From Haliotis rufescens (lineage: Eukaryota): 64,000 bases of DNA. The notes beneath the pieces were generated by a model. That model saw nothing but the letters and a program-made list of their open reading frames with translations. It was not told where the DNA came from and did no database searches. The stretch covers positions 85,126,001 through 85,190,000 of the forward strand of contig NW_025963779.1 of the NCBI RefSeq assembly GCF_023055435.1. The letters are read 5' to 3'. Every line of letters begins with the position of its first letter. Positions within the stretch are counted from its first letter, which is position 1. Both the position numbers and the translations under genes were made by a program. Below are positions 1 through 10,700 of the stretch, in pieces.

Positions 1-62
1 GTTGAAAATGAATAACATGTATACTGCATACTCGACTTGCGTTTCTTTTGCGCGTGAGTATA
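1..62. mobile_element. Probable terminal inverted repeat end of a Tc1-like DNA transposon, cut by the window edge
   Basis: Ends ttgcgtttcttttgcgcgtgagtaTA, which resembles Tc1-type termini. The partner TIR is not in the window. Confidence 0.35.
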
Positions 63-284
63 GTTTCTTTGTACATTCACATCAATGCAGTAATGTGCCT
101 ATTATACTGTGAGGACAATTTTACCAATTTACTTCGCCTCCAATCAAGATAGCCACCTATACGAAGGTCGGGTGTTATTAACCTACCGAAGAGTACAACG
201 TGAGTACACTGAAGAGGCTATTTCGATTTAATATTTATTAAAACGTATTTAAACCCTGCTTTTGGTAGTATTCCTGGAAATAAG

Positions 285-375
285 GGGTGAAGCCCAGAAA
301 TGCGCGGGGAGAATCGAACATGGACTTTTCCTTGACGAGCTAACGCTTTAACCACTAGGCTAAACCCCATTGCCC
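285..375 (-). mobile_element. Degenerate tRNA-derived SINE fragment (family B)
   Basis: gaatcgaac...gacgagctaacgctttaaccactaggcta matches the head of the copy at 5772-5940. Confidence 0.7.
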
Positions 376-821
376 CTGAAACCAAATGCCTTGCAGTGCG
401 GCGTTAAACAACAAACAAACGTGATCTGGACTATGATGAGGGATGTTGAACAAAATACGAGGTATATAATTTCTGCTCTTGGCACATCTGACTCATACTA
501 CTCCTTTGTTACATATTTCAAAATAATGTGCATTGTTTCGATGTAGCGCATTGGTAGTCAGGAGGGATATGTTTTCCAAACTTGTTATTCAGGCGAGTGC
601 TGTTTCAAACTGCTTTCTTTGTTTTATTCATTTATTATTATTAAAATCACGCCAGTATTATGTTTTAGCATAAACAAGTGCATGTAAGTTATTTAACGCC
701 ACTATTTAATTGTCCAAACTGGGACTTGTCATCCGCTTGATTTCAGTTGTCTGATTAGCTATGCAGGTAGGTTTATTTTATGCAGGTTGTCGTCTCATCT
801 TTGGTTTTGTAACACAAACCC

Positions 822-912
822 CAATCTCATTAAAATCAGATCTTAGTCCTCGCTGCCGCTAAAAGCTTTGTTTAGCGGTAGCGAGAACTAAGGTCTGATT
901 TTAATGAGATTG
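822..912. mobile_element. Palindromic MITE, Mutator-like, 9-bp TSD
   Basis: 91-bp near-perfect hairpin caatctcattaaaatcagatctt...aaggtctgattttaatgagattg. TSD cacaaaccc at 813-821 and 913-921. Sister copies at 31393 and 61293. Confidence 0.85.
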
Positions 913-1656
913 CACAAACCCAAACAATCCTAACAAATATCAGTCAGTCTACATGTATTGTGTTGTACTCGTATTGACACATTACTTGCACCAAGTTGAC
1001 ATACAAATCATGACGTGCAAGTATATCTACTCTCTGATATGCAACAAAAAATATTATTCTGTAATATTTGTTCAATTTCGTCAAACATGTATGTATTGTG
1101 TTACTTAATACTACAATGTATGTCTCTAGGATAATAAGGTCGTTTTGGATAAAATAACGTTATCACTTAATTTTTTTTGTCATTACAAAAGTCCACCATA
1201 TACGGGAATTCGTTAAAGTAACTGAAACGGTATTCCAATTGTACAGAATCTTATTAGTGATAAACCAACCTTTGTTGATTAATTGGATCAAAGATTTGCC
1301 TGTTCCGTGTTGCAGGTGATACTGAATGTTGGTCCCCAAGGAAAATTAACAACCTCATACCTCATCTGTTGCAAACGAATTTCTGTCAGTGAACACAGAA
1401 TCATTTCCAATATTTTCAAACTGGTTATTTATAATTAATCACATCCCCCTAATCCAAAATCAATAACTGCTTATTACAAATCGATCGAATTCAATATTAA
1501 TGCAGCTACGTCGGGTACTACTGACCCCATGATGTAGACTTGAGACCGGATGGCAGTATTGATTGTCAGTCAACACACGTGCGCTGACACACTTTCACAT
1601 GTACCGTGTGACATTAGCGAATCAGTGCAGTCTGTGTTATGTTGTTGTGGTATAGC

Positions 1657-1858
1657 NNNNNNNNNNNNNNNNNNNNNNNNNNNNNNNNNNNNNNNNNNNN
1701 NNNNNNNNNNNNNNNNNNNNNNNNNNNNNNNNNNNNNNNNNNNNNNNNNNNNNNNNNNNNNNNNNNNNNNNNNNNNNNNNNNNNNNNNNNNNNNNNNNNN
1801 NNNNNNNNNNNNNNNNNNNNNNNNNNNNNNNNNNNNNNNNNNNNNNNNNNNNNNNNNN
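1657..1858. other. Assembly gap
   Basis: Run of N. Confidence 1.
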
Positions 1859-2068
1859 TGCACATTCCTCCTTGTATAGGCACCAACGAGTCTCTTCAGG
1901 CTATACATAACTGAACAAAAAGCGCCCGCGCCTATATAAGGTTTAATTTACTGCAAGGTTTAACCTTTAGCTGCATAATACCTGAGAGTTCAATTTATAA
2001 GCTTTGTCATTAATATCTGTTCGTATCTATATATTAATGAACATATATTAATGATTACGACTCTATTA

Positions 2069-2324
2069 GTTGGTTGGTTTGTTGTTTAACGCCGCACTCA
2101 GCAATATTCCAGCTATATGACGGCGGTCTGTAAATAATAGAGTCTGGACCAGACAATCCTGTGATTGACATCATGAGCATACATCCACGCAATTGGGATC
2201 GATGACATGCATCAACCAAGTCAACGAGCCTGACCACCCGATCCCGTTAGTCGCCTTTTACGACAAGCATAGTCGCCTTTTACGGCAAGCATGGGTTGCT
2301 GAAGACCTATTCTACCCCGGAATC
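2069..2324 (-). mobile_element. SINE family A (no tRNA head; Meta-like structured domain)
   Basis: Matches at least 7 other copies in the window. (ttgg)n tail. TSD acgactctatta at 2057-2068 and 2325-2336. Confidence 0.9.
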
Positions 2325-2647
2325 ACGACTCTATTAACAAATGCAGTATACAAAATTCAAATGAATGTGAGCAAATATAATTAAGAACATGTTTTTGTTT
2401 TCTCATGTTATGCTCGCGCATGGCATATGAATAGATTTCAACATTTACGATAGATATATTGATATTAATTTATACCAACAGCAACGCTTCAGTCATCACT
2501 GTTAAAGTCACGGCTTTTCCTACCTCATACACGTTTTTTTAATAATTATATTGTTTAATATAATTGTCCATGCTTACATGCTTCTTTTGAACTAAATACA
2601 CAACCAGCCAGCATATCTCTGCATTAGGTATTCTATGTTACTGTAAA

Positions 2648-4020
2648 ATGGACGAAATAGGCTGCCGACTTGTCATCAGGTGTCTCCAAACGAAAGGGCT
2701 ACCTCCATCAGCCAGTCGTGCGGACATGGCGTCAACGTAAGGGGATGCTGCTGCTTCACTTGCTGTTGTTAGGAGGTGGGCAGTGCAGTTCAAGAAGGGG
2801 AGACGGAGCCTCGGAGATGATCCAAGATCAGGATGACCTTCAACCGATACCACTAAGGAAAATATGGGTAAAATGCATGATGGGATAACGTATAATCGAC
2901 GACACCGCATGTGACATAGACAGTACGCATATCTCATGAGAGAGTTGAGAAGATTATGGGGAATGAACTGAGCACAACAAAGGTTTCAGCACGCCGGGTT
3001 CCAAGGCTTCTGGCCCCTGATCAGAAAATCTCCAAGTTCGTCATCTTTCGTGAATATTTAGATAATTTGGTGGAGCCAGATGATTTCTTTAGCGACATGT
3101 AACCATGGATGAGTCTTGGGTTTACTGTCACTATCAGCCAGAGACCAAGCAGTCAAATCAGTGGAAACATCCACCCAGATACTATGGTTTCTGATCTAAC
3201 GCCTCTTTCTCCCTAAAAGGCAAAGTCAGTTCCATCGGCTGGTAAGGTGATGGCTTCAGTTTTCAGGACTCAGAAGGAATTTCACTGCTGGATTTCCTCC
3301 CGAAATGTCAGACCATTAATGACCAATAGTATGCTAATGTGCTAAGGTAACTGCATGAGAAGATCAAGGTTAAACGTCGTAAAAAAACTTATTAAATGTG
3401 TGTTGTTCCACCAGGACAGTGCATCGTGAACAAGTATGGCTGCAATGCATGACTGTGGCTTTAAATTCATTGAACGTCCTCCGTATTCCCCAGAACTGGC
3501 ACCGTCATGATTTTCATCTCTTCCCCAACTTGAACAAAGAACCGTCCGGCAAGCATTGTGTAATTGACGATGAGGGGGGCACGGGTGGCCCAGTCGTTTA
3601 AGGCGCCGCGATTCGCTGTGCAGAGTTGCGTCCCTTGGGCACGCCAGAAACCTATGATTGTGGGTTCGAATCCCGGTTCGCCCCAATTATGTTTCTAGGT
3701 TTGTCAGCACTATACCCGTGCTCGTGGGTTTCACCGAAGTGGTAAACGTCTGAGACCTGCATCACATCGGACTTTCCTCCCACATCAAGCTGACACGCCG
3801 TGATATAACTGGAATACTGTTGAAAGCGGCGTTAAACCCAACTCACTCATTCACTCACTAATTGACGATGACGTCATTTCTGTTGTGGAGGTTTTTTTTA
3901 CACCATCATTAGGAAACCTTTTACACGACCAGGAGAAGACCTTCTACACCAGTGGGGTCGAGGAACTGCAGCAACGTTGGCAGAAGTGTGAGGACCTCGG
4001 TGGGATTATGTTGAAATATA
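2648..4020 (+). pseudogene. Decayed mariner transposase
   Basis: Translates, with stops and frameshifts, to MDEIGCRLVIR..RWAVQFKKGRRSLGDDPRSG, KVSARRVPRLL (WVP motif), TMDESWV, PSAGKVMASVF, LFHQD, PPYSPELAP, LQQRWQKC. Interrupted by a SINE. Confidence 0.9.
3574..3858 (+). mobile_element. tRNA-derived SINE family C, full length
   Basis: A box and B box (ggttcgaatcc), (actc)n tail, 13-bp TSD taattgacgatga at 3561-3573 and 3859-3871. Confidence 0.92.
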
Positions 4021-4719
4021 ATCAGCATCCAACTCCAACAATGCAGTTCATCATTGTAAGATTCGTCTTTCAATGAAATCCTATATGCTACGAGTTTATA
4101 ACAACTTTCCGTAACTTTCGTTGGCATCTTGAAATAAATGAAAGTTCGCAAAAAATGTTTCCCATACATGGATTGTTTTTTATCTGCAGCCTCCGGACGT
4201 CAAAGCCAATCGCTACTGAGCTGAGATATCGCGGATGAGACGTAAATCTAACACACCCACTCACTCTACACTTTGCCTTGCATATTCCTGATGCAAATAG
4301 GCTTGCGTATTTCGCCATGCATTGCAAAACGTTTCTGTTATCTTCGTGAAATAATATATTATGTCTAGTATTAAAACAAATAAAATGGAGGAGGGTAAAA
4401 CGGCGGATAACATTTCAGTCTCTGAAATATAAGAAATATATAAAACAAATATGTATTTAATATATAATAACAGAGACCATAAAATGTGGTCTCTGATAAA
4501 GTGATAATAATAAATACATTTATTGGAATATAGCACCATTTACAGGGCTACATGATATATAAATTGAAAGCCTCAGTCGGATGTCTTTTTCTGCAGATAA
4601 ATAATCAGTTCGGTAGGGTACAGAAGAAGTAAACAATGTCATGCCGGTGTGTATTAAATGATAACAGACGAGAGTTATCCCCCTTGTGAGAACTGCGTAG
4701 AAGGTACAGAAGTTTCATC

Positions 4720-4776
4720 ATGGCTTCCATGTGCAGATCTGTCGGTAACCTCTGCCGACAAAGATATAGTTTGCAG
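4720..4776 (+). CDS. TIMM44: TIMM44 exon 1 (MASMCRSVGNLCRQRYSLQ, presequence-like)
   Basis: ATG in atcATGg context, Arg/Ser-rich with no acidic residues, donor CAG|gtaatt, phase 0. Confidence 0.7.
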
Positions 4777-7700
4777 GTAATTTAAACAATTGCGAGATAT
4801 TTCAATATGTTTAATATCGTCACACTATGGGTACATGTACATGTTCAACTCATACAATCGCTATACTTACATGCTTGGGTGTCACAGCCTCTTCGGCCCT
4901 TTACCATGTGTACTCACGTGCTTGTAAAGTCGTTATACAAATAACCTCAATAGTTGTGTGGTGGGCTACTTGTTTGTACTCATTTGATACATTTTCATAT
5001 TTTACAAATTGTGACAATTTTATTATAGATTTGTTAAAGGCACTGTCAGACATAGTTGTCATACTTTGATTATGAGGCAACTGAAGGTCACACAGCTTTC
5101 GGCCGTACCCCACCTCCTACACACCACCCCAACCCCCCTTAGAATATATGTAACTAAAAAGAGGGGAGTAGTGCACTTTTTCAGATCCAATTAGCGCTGT
5201 GGGGGCTCGAACGCGCTTTGCCGGCTCACCAGCTCTGCTAATTAATGCGTTAATTAGCCAACGCTCTACCACTGGACCACAGGCGCTATCACATGTAATC
5301 AGTGCTTGTTTAACGGGTCATTAGAATCCCCATTAACATACATGCGTAATACAGTAAACAAGGAATTGCGCATGCGTGTGACGTCACGGTCCACTCTCCA
5401 ATTCATCTTTTCTTGAAACCACTCCCGCGCGGCCATTGTTTATGTCAACATGACCGACCAATCGGATTAACCGGATTAATGCTTGAAAAGGTAAGAATTT
5501 ATGGCTAACCCTTGCCCAAAGCAAGCTAACCCTAAGGACCGAAAAGGGGTGTTTGATCGTAAAGACGTGTAAGTTTCCCTAAGACCGAAAACGGTAGTTG
5601 GATCGTAAAGACATGTAAGTTTCCCTATGACCGAGAACGGGTGTTGGATTGTCAAGATGTGTAAGTTTCCCTAAGACCGAAAACGGGTTGGATCATGAAG
5701 CGAGAGTCAGCCGAGCATGAGGCACAGTAACGGTATAACGAGACAGCAGTGGCACTATCATGACTATAGCGAGTGAGTGAGTGAGTATGGTTTTACGCCG
5801 CTTTTAGCAATATTCCAGCAATATCACGGCGGGGGACCCCAGAAATGGGCTTCACACATTGTACCCACGTCGGGAATCGAACCCGGGTCTTCGGCGTGAC
5901 GAGCGAACACTTTTAACCACTAGGCTACCCGACCGCCCCCATGACTATAGCGCGGTAATTGAGCGGATGGTAGAGCTCGGGCTGTGCCCGGTAAACTGCA
6001 TTGCTGCCGGATTGAGCGGAAGTTGAGCGGAAGTTGTTATCCATAAAGTTGTACGTTTTTCTTACTTATTTTGCCAGCTTCTAGAATGCCAATCACACAG
6101 TTGATGTGTAGGGGGTCTAATGGGGTTGAACCCCTTCTCATGATTTTTCAAGGATGGGTGCTGAAGTGTGAAATTAAAATCACTTATCAGGGTATTCTTG
6201 TACATTTTATTGTTTTAAATTTTATAATTACTTTTATTCTTCACGTGAAAAAGTCAACATATTCCTACGATGAAGTGGTATAGTATAAAACATTTTGTCT
6301 AGTGGAATTTGTTGTCTTCCATTTTCACTCGCTACATTTTCTCAGATTTATTTCTAAAGCCGTCTTCCCTTGTGGCATCAGTAACAATGGCTAAGCCCTC
6401 GTTGTTCTTTGGGGTCATGGATGGCCCAGTCACCTGACATGTGCAATTTGCTGTGCAGAGTGGCATTCTTTGAACATGCCATAAACCTATGATCATAGGT
6501 TTCGAATCCCAGTTCACGCTGATTATGTTTCTAGGTTTGTTGGCACCATACCCATGCTTTTGGTTTTCACCAAAGTGACATCATTTCGGGCTTTCCTCCC
6601 ACAGCAAGCTACACAGCCAGCCACACCGTGATAAAACTGAAATACTGTTCAAAATGGTGTTAAAACAAGCCAACTCGCATTTCATTCTTTACTATGATCA
6701 ACTGTAGAATTGCGGCATTTTTAGCCTATCATTGTACATGTTGTGTCTTCAGCAACCTATGCTTGTTGTAAAAGGCGACTAACAGGATCGGCCGGTTAGG
6801 CTCGCTAACTTGGTTGATGCATCATATTCCAATTGTGTGGATCGATGCTCGTTATGTCAATTACTGGATTGTCTGGTCCAGACTTGATTATTTACAGACA
6901 ACCGTCATATAGCTGGGATATTGCTGAGTGCGGCGTTAAACAACAAACAAAACAAAAACAAAATTGTACATGTTGTCCATGTACCAGAGCAAAAAAGAAA
7001 ATGAACTACAGGTACAGACATGACCAGGATTCGCAGACTATGGTCAAAGTTATCCTGTTTATTATTTAATTCAAATTCTGTTTACAGGTGTTGCTGTATC
7101 ATAGTGGTCGTCCAACAGCGGCAAGATGCCCTCCCTATTTGGCCTGTTTCCAGCAGAACAGCCCGTTGGATGTCAGGTTATCTCAGGTAGTCACTGTCGC
7201 CAACACAAGCTAGGGCCATACACGCTGGAGTCCAATACAAGCTAGGGCCATACACGCTGGAGTCCAATACAAGCTAGAGTCATACACGCTGGAGTCCAAT
7301 ACAAGCTAGGGCCATACACGCTGGAGTCAAATACAAGCTAGGGCCATACATGCTGAAGTCCAATACAAGCTAGAGTCATACACGCTGGAGTCCAATACAA
7401 GCTAGGGCCATACATGCTGGAGTCCAATACAAATTAGAGCCATACACGCTGGAGTCCAATACAAGCTAGAGTCATACACGCTGGAGTCCAATACAAGCTA
7501 GGGCCATACACCCTGGAGTCCAATACAAGCTAGGGCCATACACGCTGGAGTCCAATACAAGCTAGGGCCATACACGCTGGAGTCCAATACAAGCTAGAGT
7601 CATACACGCTGGAGTCCAATACAAGCTAGAGTCATACACGCTGGAGTCCAATACAAGCTAGGGCCATACATACTGGAGTCCAATACAAGCTAGGGCCATA

Positions 7701-10700
7701 CACGCTGGAGTCCAATACAAGCTAGGGCCTTACATGCTGGAGTCCAATACAAGCTAGGGCCTTACACGCTGGAGTCCAATACAAGCTAGGGCCATACACG
7801 CTGGAGTCCAATACAAGCTAGGGCCTTACACGCTGGAGTCCAATACAAGCTAGAGCCTTACAAATACTAGACATCACACACCAGAGTCCAATACAAGCTA
7901 GGGCCATACACGCTGTAGTCCAATACAAGATGGGGTCATACACGCTGGAGTTCAATACAAGCTGGGGCCATACACGCTGGAGTCCAATACAAGCTAGGGC
8001 CATACATGCTGGAGTCCAATACAAGCTAGGGCCATACCCGCTGGAGTCCATTACGAGCTAGGGCCATACATGCTGGAGTCCAATACAAGCTAGGGCCATA
8101 CACGCTGGAGTCCAATACAAGCTTGGGCCATACACACTGGAGTCCAATACAAGATGGGGCCATACATACTGGAGTTCAATACAAGATGGGGCCATACACG
8201 CTGGAGTCCAACACAAGCTAGGGCCATACACGCTGGAGTCCAATACAAGCTAGGGCCATACATACTGGAGTCCAATACAAGCTAGAGTCATACACGCTGG
8301 AGTCCAATACAAGCTAGGGCCATACACGCTGGAGTCCAATACAAGCTAGGGCCATACATGCTGGAGTCCAATACAAGCTAGGGCCATACATACTGGAGTC
8401 CAATACAAGCTAGAGTCATACACGCTGGAGTCCAATACAAGCTAGGACCATACACGCTGGAGTCAAATACAAGCTAGGGCCATACATGCTGGAGTCCAAT
8501 ACAAGCTAGGGCCATACCCGCTGGAGTCCATTACGAGCTAGAGCCATACATACTGGAGTCCAATACAAGCTTGGGCCATACACGCTGGAGTCCAATACAA
8601 GCTTGGGCCATACATACTGGAGTCCAATACAAGCTTGGGCCATACACGCTGGAGTCCAATACAAGCTTGGGCCATACATACTGGAGTCCAATACAAGCTT
8701 GGGCCATACACGCTGGAGTCCAATACAAGCTTGGGCCATACATGCTGGAGTCCAATACAAGCTTGGGCCATACACACTGGAGTCCAATACAAGCTGGGGC
8801 CATACACGCTGGAGTCCAATACAAGCTAGAGTCATACACGCTGGAGTCCAATACAAGCTTGGGCCATACATACTGGAGTCCAATACAAGCTTGGGCCATA
8901 CACGCTGGAGTCCAATACAAGCTTGGGCCATACATGCTGGAGTCCAATACAAGCTTGGGCCATACACACTGGAGTCCAATACAAGCTGGGGCCATACACG
9001 CTGGAGTCCAATACAAGCTGGGGCCATACACCCTGGTGTCCAATACAAGCTGGAGTCCAATACAAGCTAGAGTCATACACGCTGGAGTCCAACACAAGCT
9101 AGGGCCATACATGCTGGAGTCCAATACAAGCTAGGGCCATACACGCTGGAGTCCAATACAAGCTAGGGCCATACACGCTGGAGTCCAACACAAGCTAGGG
9201 CCATACATGCTGGAGTCCGATACAAGCTGGGGCCATACACGCTGGATTCCAACACAAGCTAGAGTCATACAAATACTAGACATCACACACCAGAGGCCAA
9301 CACAATCCCGAGCCATACCAAAAAAAGACATCACACACAAATTCAACACACACTTGAGCCCTACAAATGAGAGCACAAGACAATAATTTTAACTAGGTGT
9401 CTTCTGTACACACCGTTTCTAGAAAGTTTTCAGCGTTCTGGATACAAATATGTCATTTTAGTTCCCTGTTTCAGAGTCGAGCTATGTCAGGTGGAAGGAG
9501 GAGCTTCATTGCTCAGTTCGTAGACAACATCAAACAGGAGATTGCTAAAAATAAAGAAATGAAGGTAAGAGGATGAATCTGATCTCGAAACTTTGATGGA
9601 ACATTTATCATCCCGGTTTGCTGCTAATCTGCTGCACTGTTTCATTCTCTAGGAAAACCTCAAGAAGTTCAAGGAAGAGACGGAAAAGTTAGAACAGTCT
9701 GATGCCATTCGGAAAGCTAGACAGAAGTTTGTGAGTTAACAGCTTTCATCTGCTATGTTCATGTCACCATGTCCTTGTCAGTATGAGCACATGTTGTATG
9801 TTCTCATCTGTTCTTACCACCAGTGGTCTTCTGGAACTGCTGTATGTCAACTAGTAGTTTCATGGTATCCTTATCGTACAAAAAACATTCTTTTGCCTTT
9901 CACATAGTAAGCGTTTCTTATCTCAGTCTTCATAGCACTATGTCAGCAAATATTTGCATGATGATTGTTACGAACCTATACTAACTTGCTGGGCCACAGT
10001 AAGTCATGGATTTGTGCTGATTATGACATGTAACCCATTCAGGAACCCACTCACTGTTTGTGAGAGGACATGTTACAGAGCTGCTCTTGATGTTTGCAGG
10101 AAAATATTGAGGCAGAGACAACAAAGAGCAGTCAGGTTTTGAAGAAGACGTTTGGGGACATCAAGGGGAAGATGTCTGATGTAAGTAAACTGGTAGAAGG
10201 TTAGAGGGGTCCACATAGTCTCCAAGCTCACAACAGGTAGTAGGTTAGAGGGGTCCACATAGTCTCCAGGCTAACAACAGGTAGTAGGTTAGAGGGGTCC
10301 ACATAGTCTCCACGCTAACAACAGGTAGTAGGTTAGAGGGGACCACATAGTCTCCAGGCTAACAACAGGTAGTAGATTAGAGGGGTCCACATAGTCTCCA
10401 CGCTAACAACAGGTAGTAGGTTAGAGGGGTCCACATAGTCTCCAGGCTAACAACAGGTAGTAGATTAGAGGGGTCCACATAGTCTCCAGGCTAACAACAG
10501 GTAGTAGGTTAGAGGGGTCCACATAGTCTCCACGCTAACAACAGGCAGTAGGTTAGAGGGGTCCACATGGTCTCCAAGCTAACAACAGGTAGTAGGTTAG
10601 AGGGGTCCACATAGTCTCCACGCTAACAACAGGTAGTAGGTTAGAGGGGTCTGTATAGTCTCCAAGCTAACAACAGGCAGTAGGTTAGAGGGGTCCGCTT

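Noticed and set aside
1550-1914. ORFs containing X runs (also 22547-22925)
   Set aside because: They span assembly gaps.
3574-3690. SINE heads as functional tRNA genes
   Set aside because: No complete cloverleaf; they are attached to SINE bodies with TSDs.
7200-9310. 32-bp repeats as a CRISPR array (also the 34-bp array at 56556)
   Set aside because: Units are head-to-tail with no unique spacers, there are no cas genes, and the context is eukaryotic.
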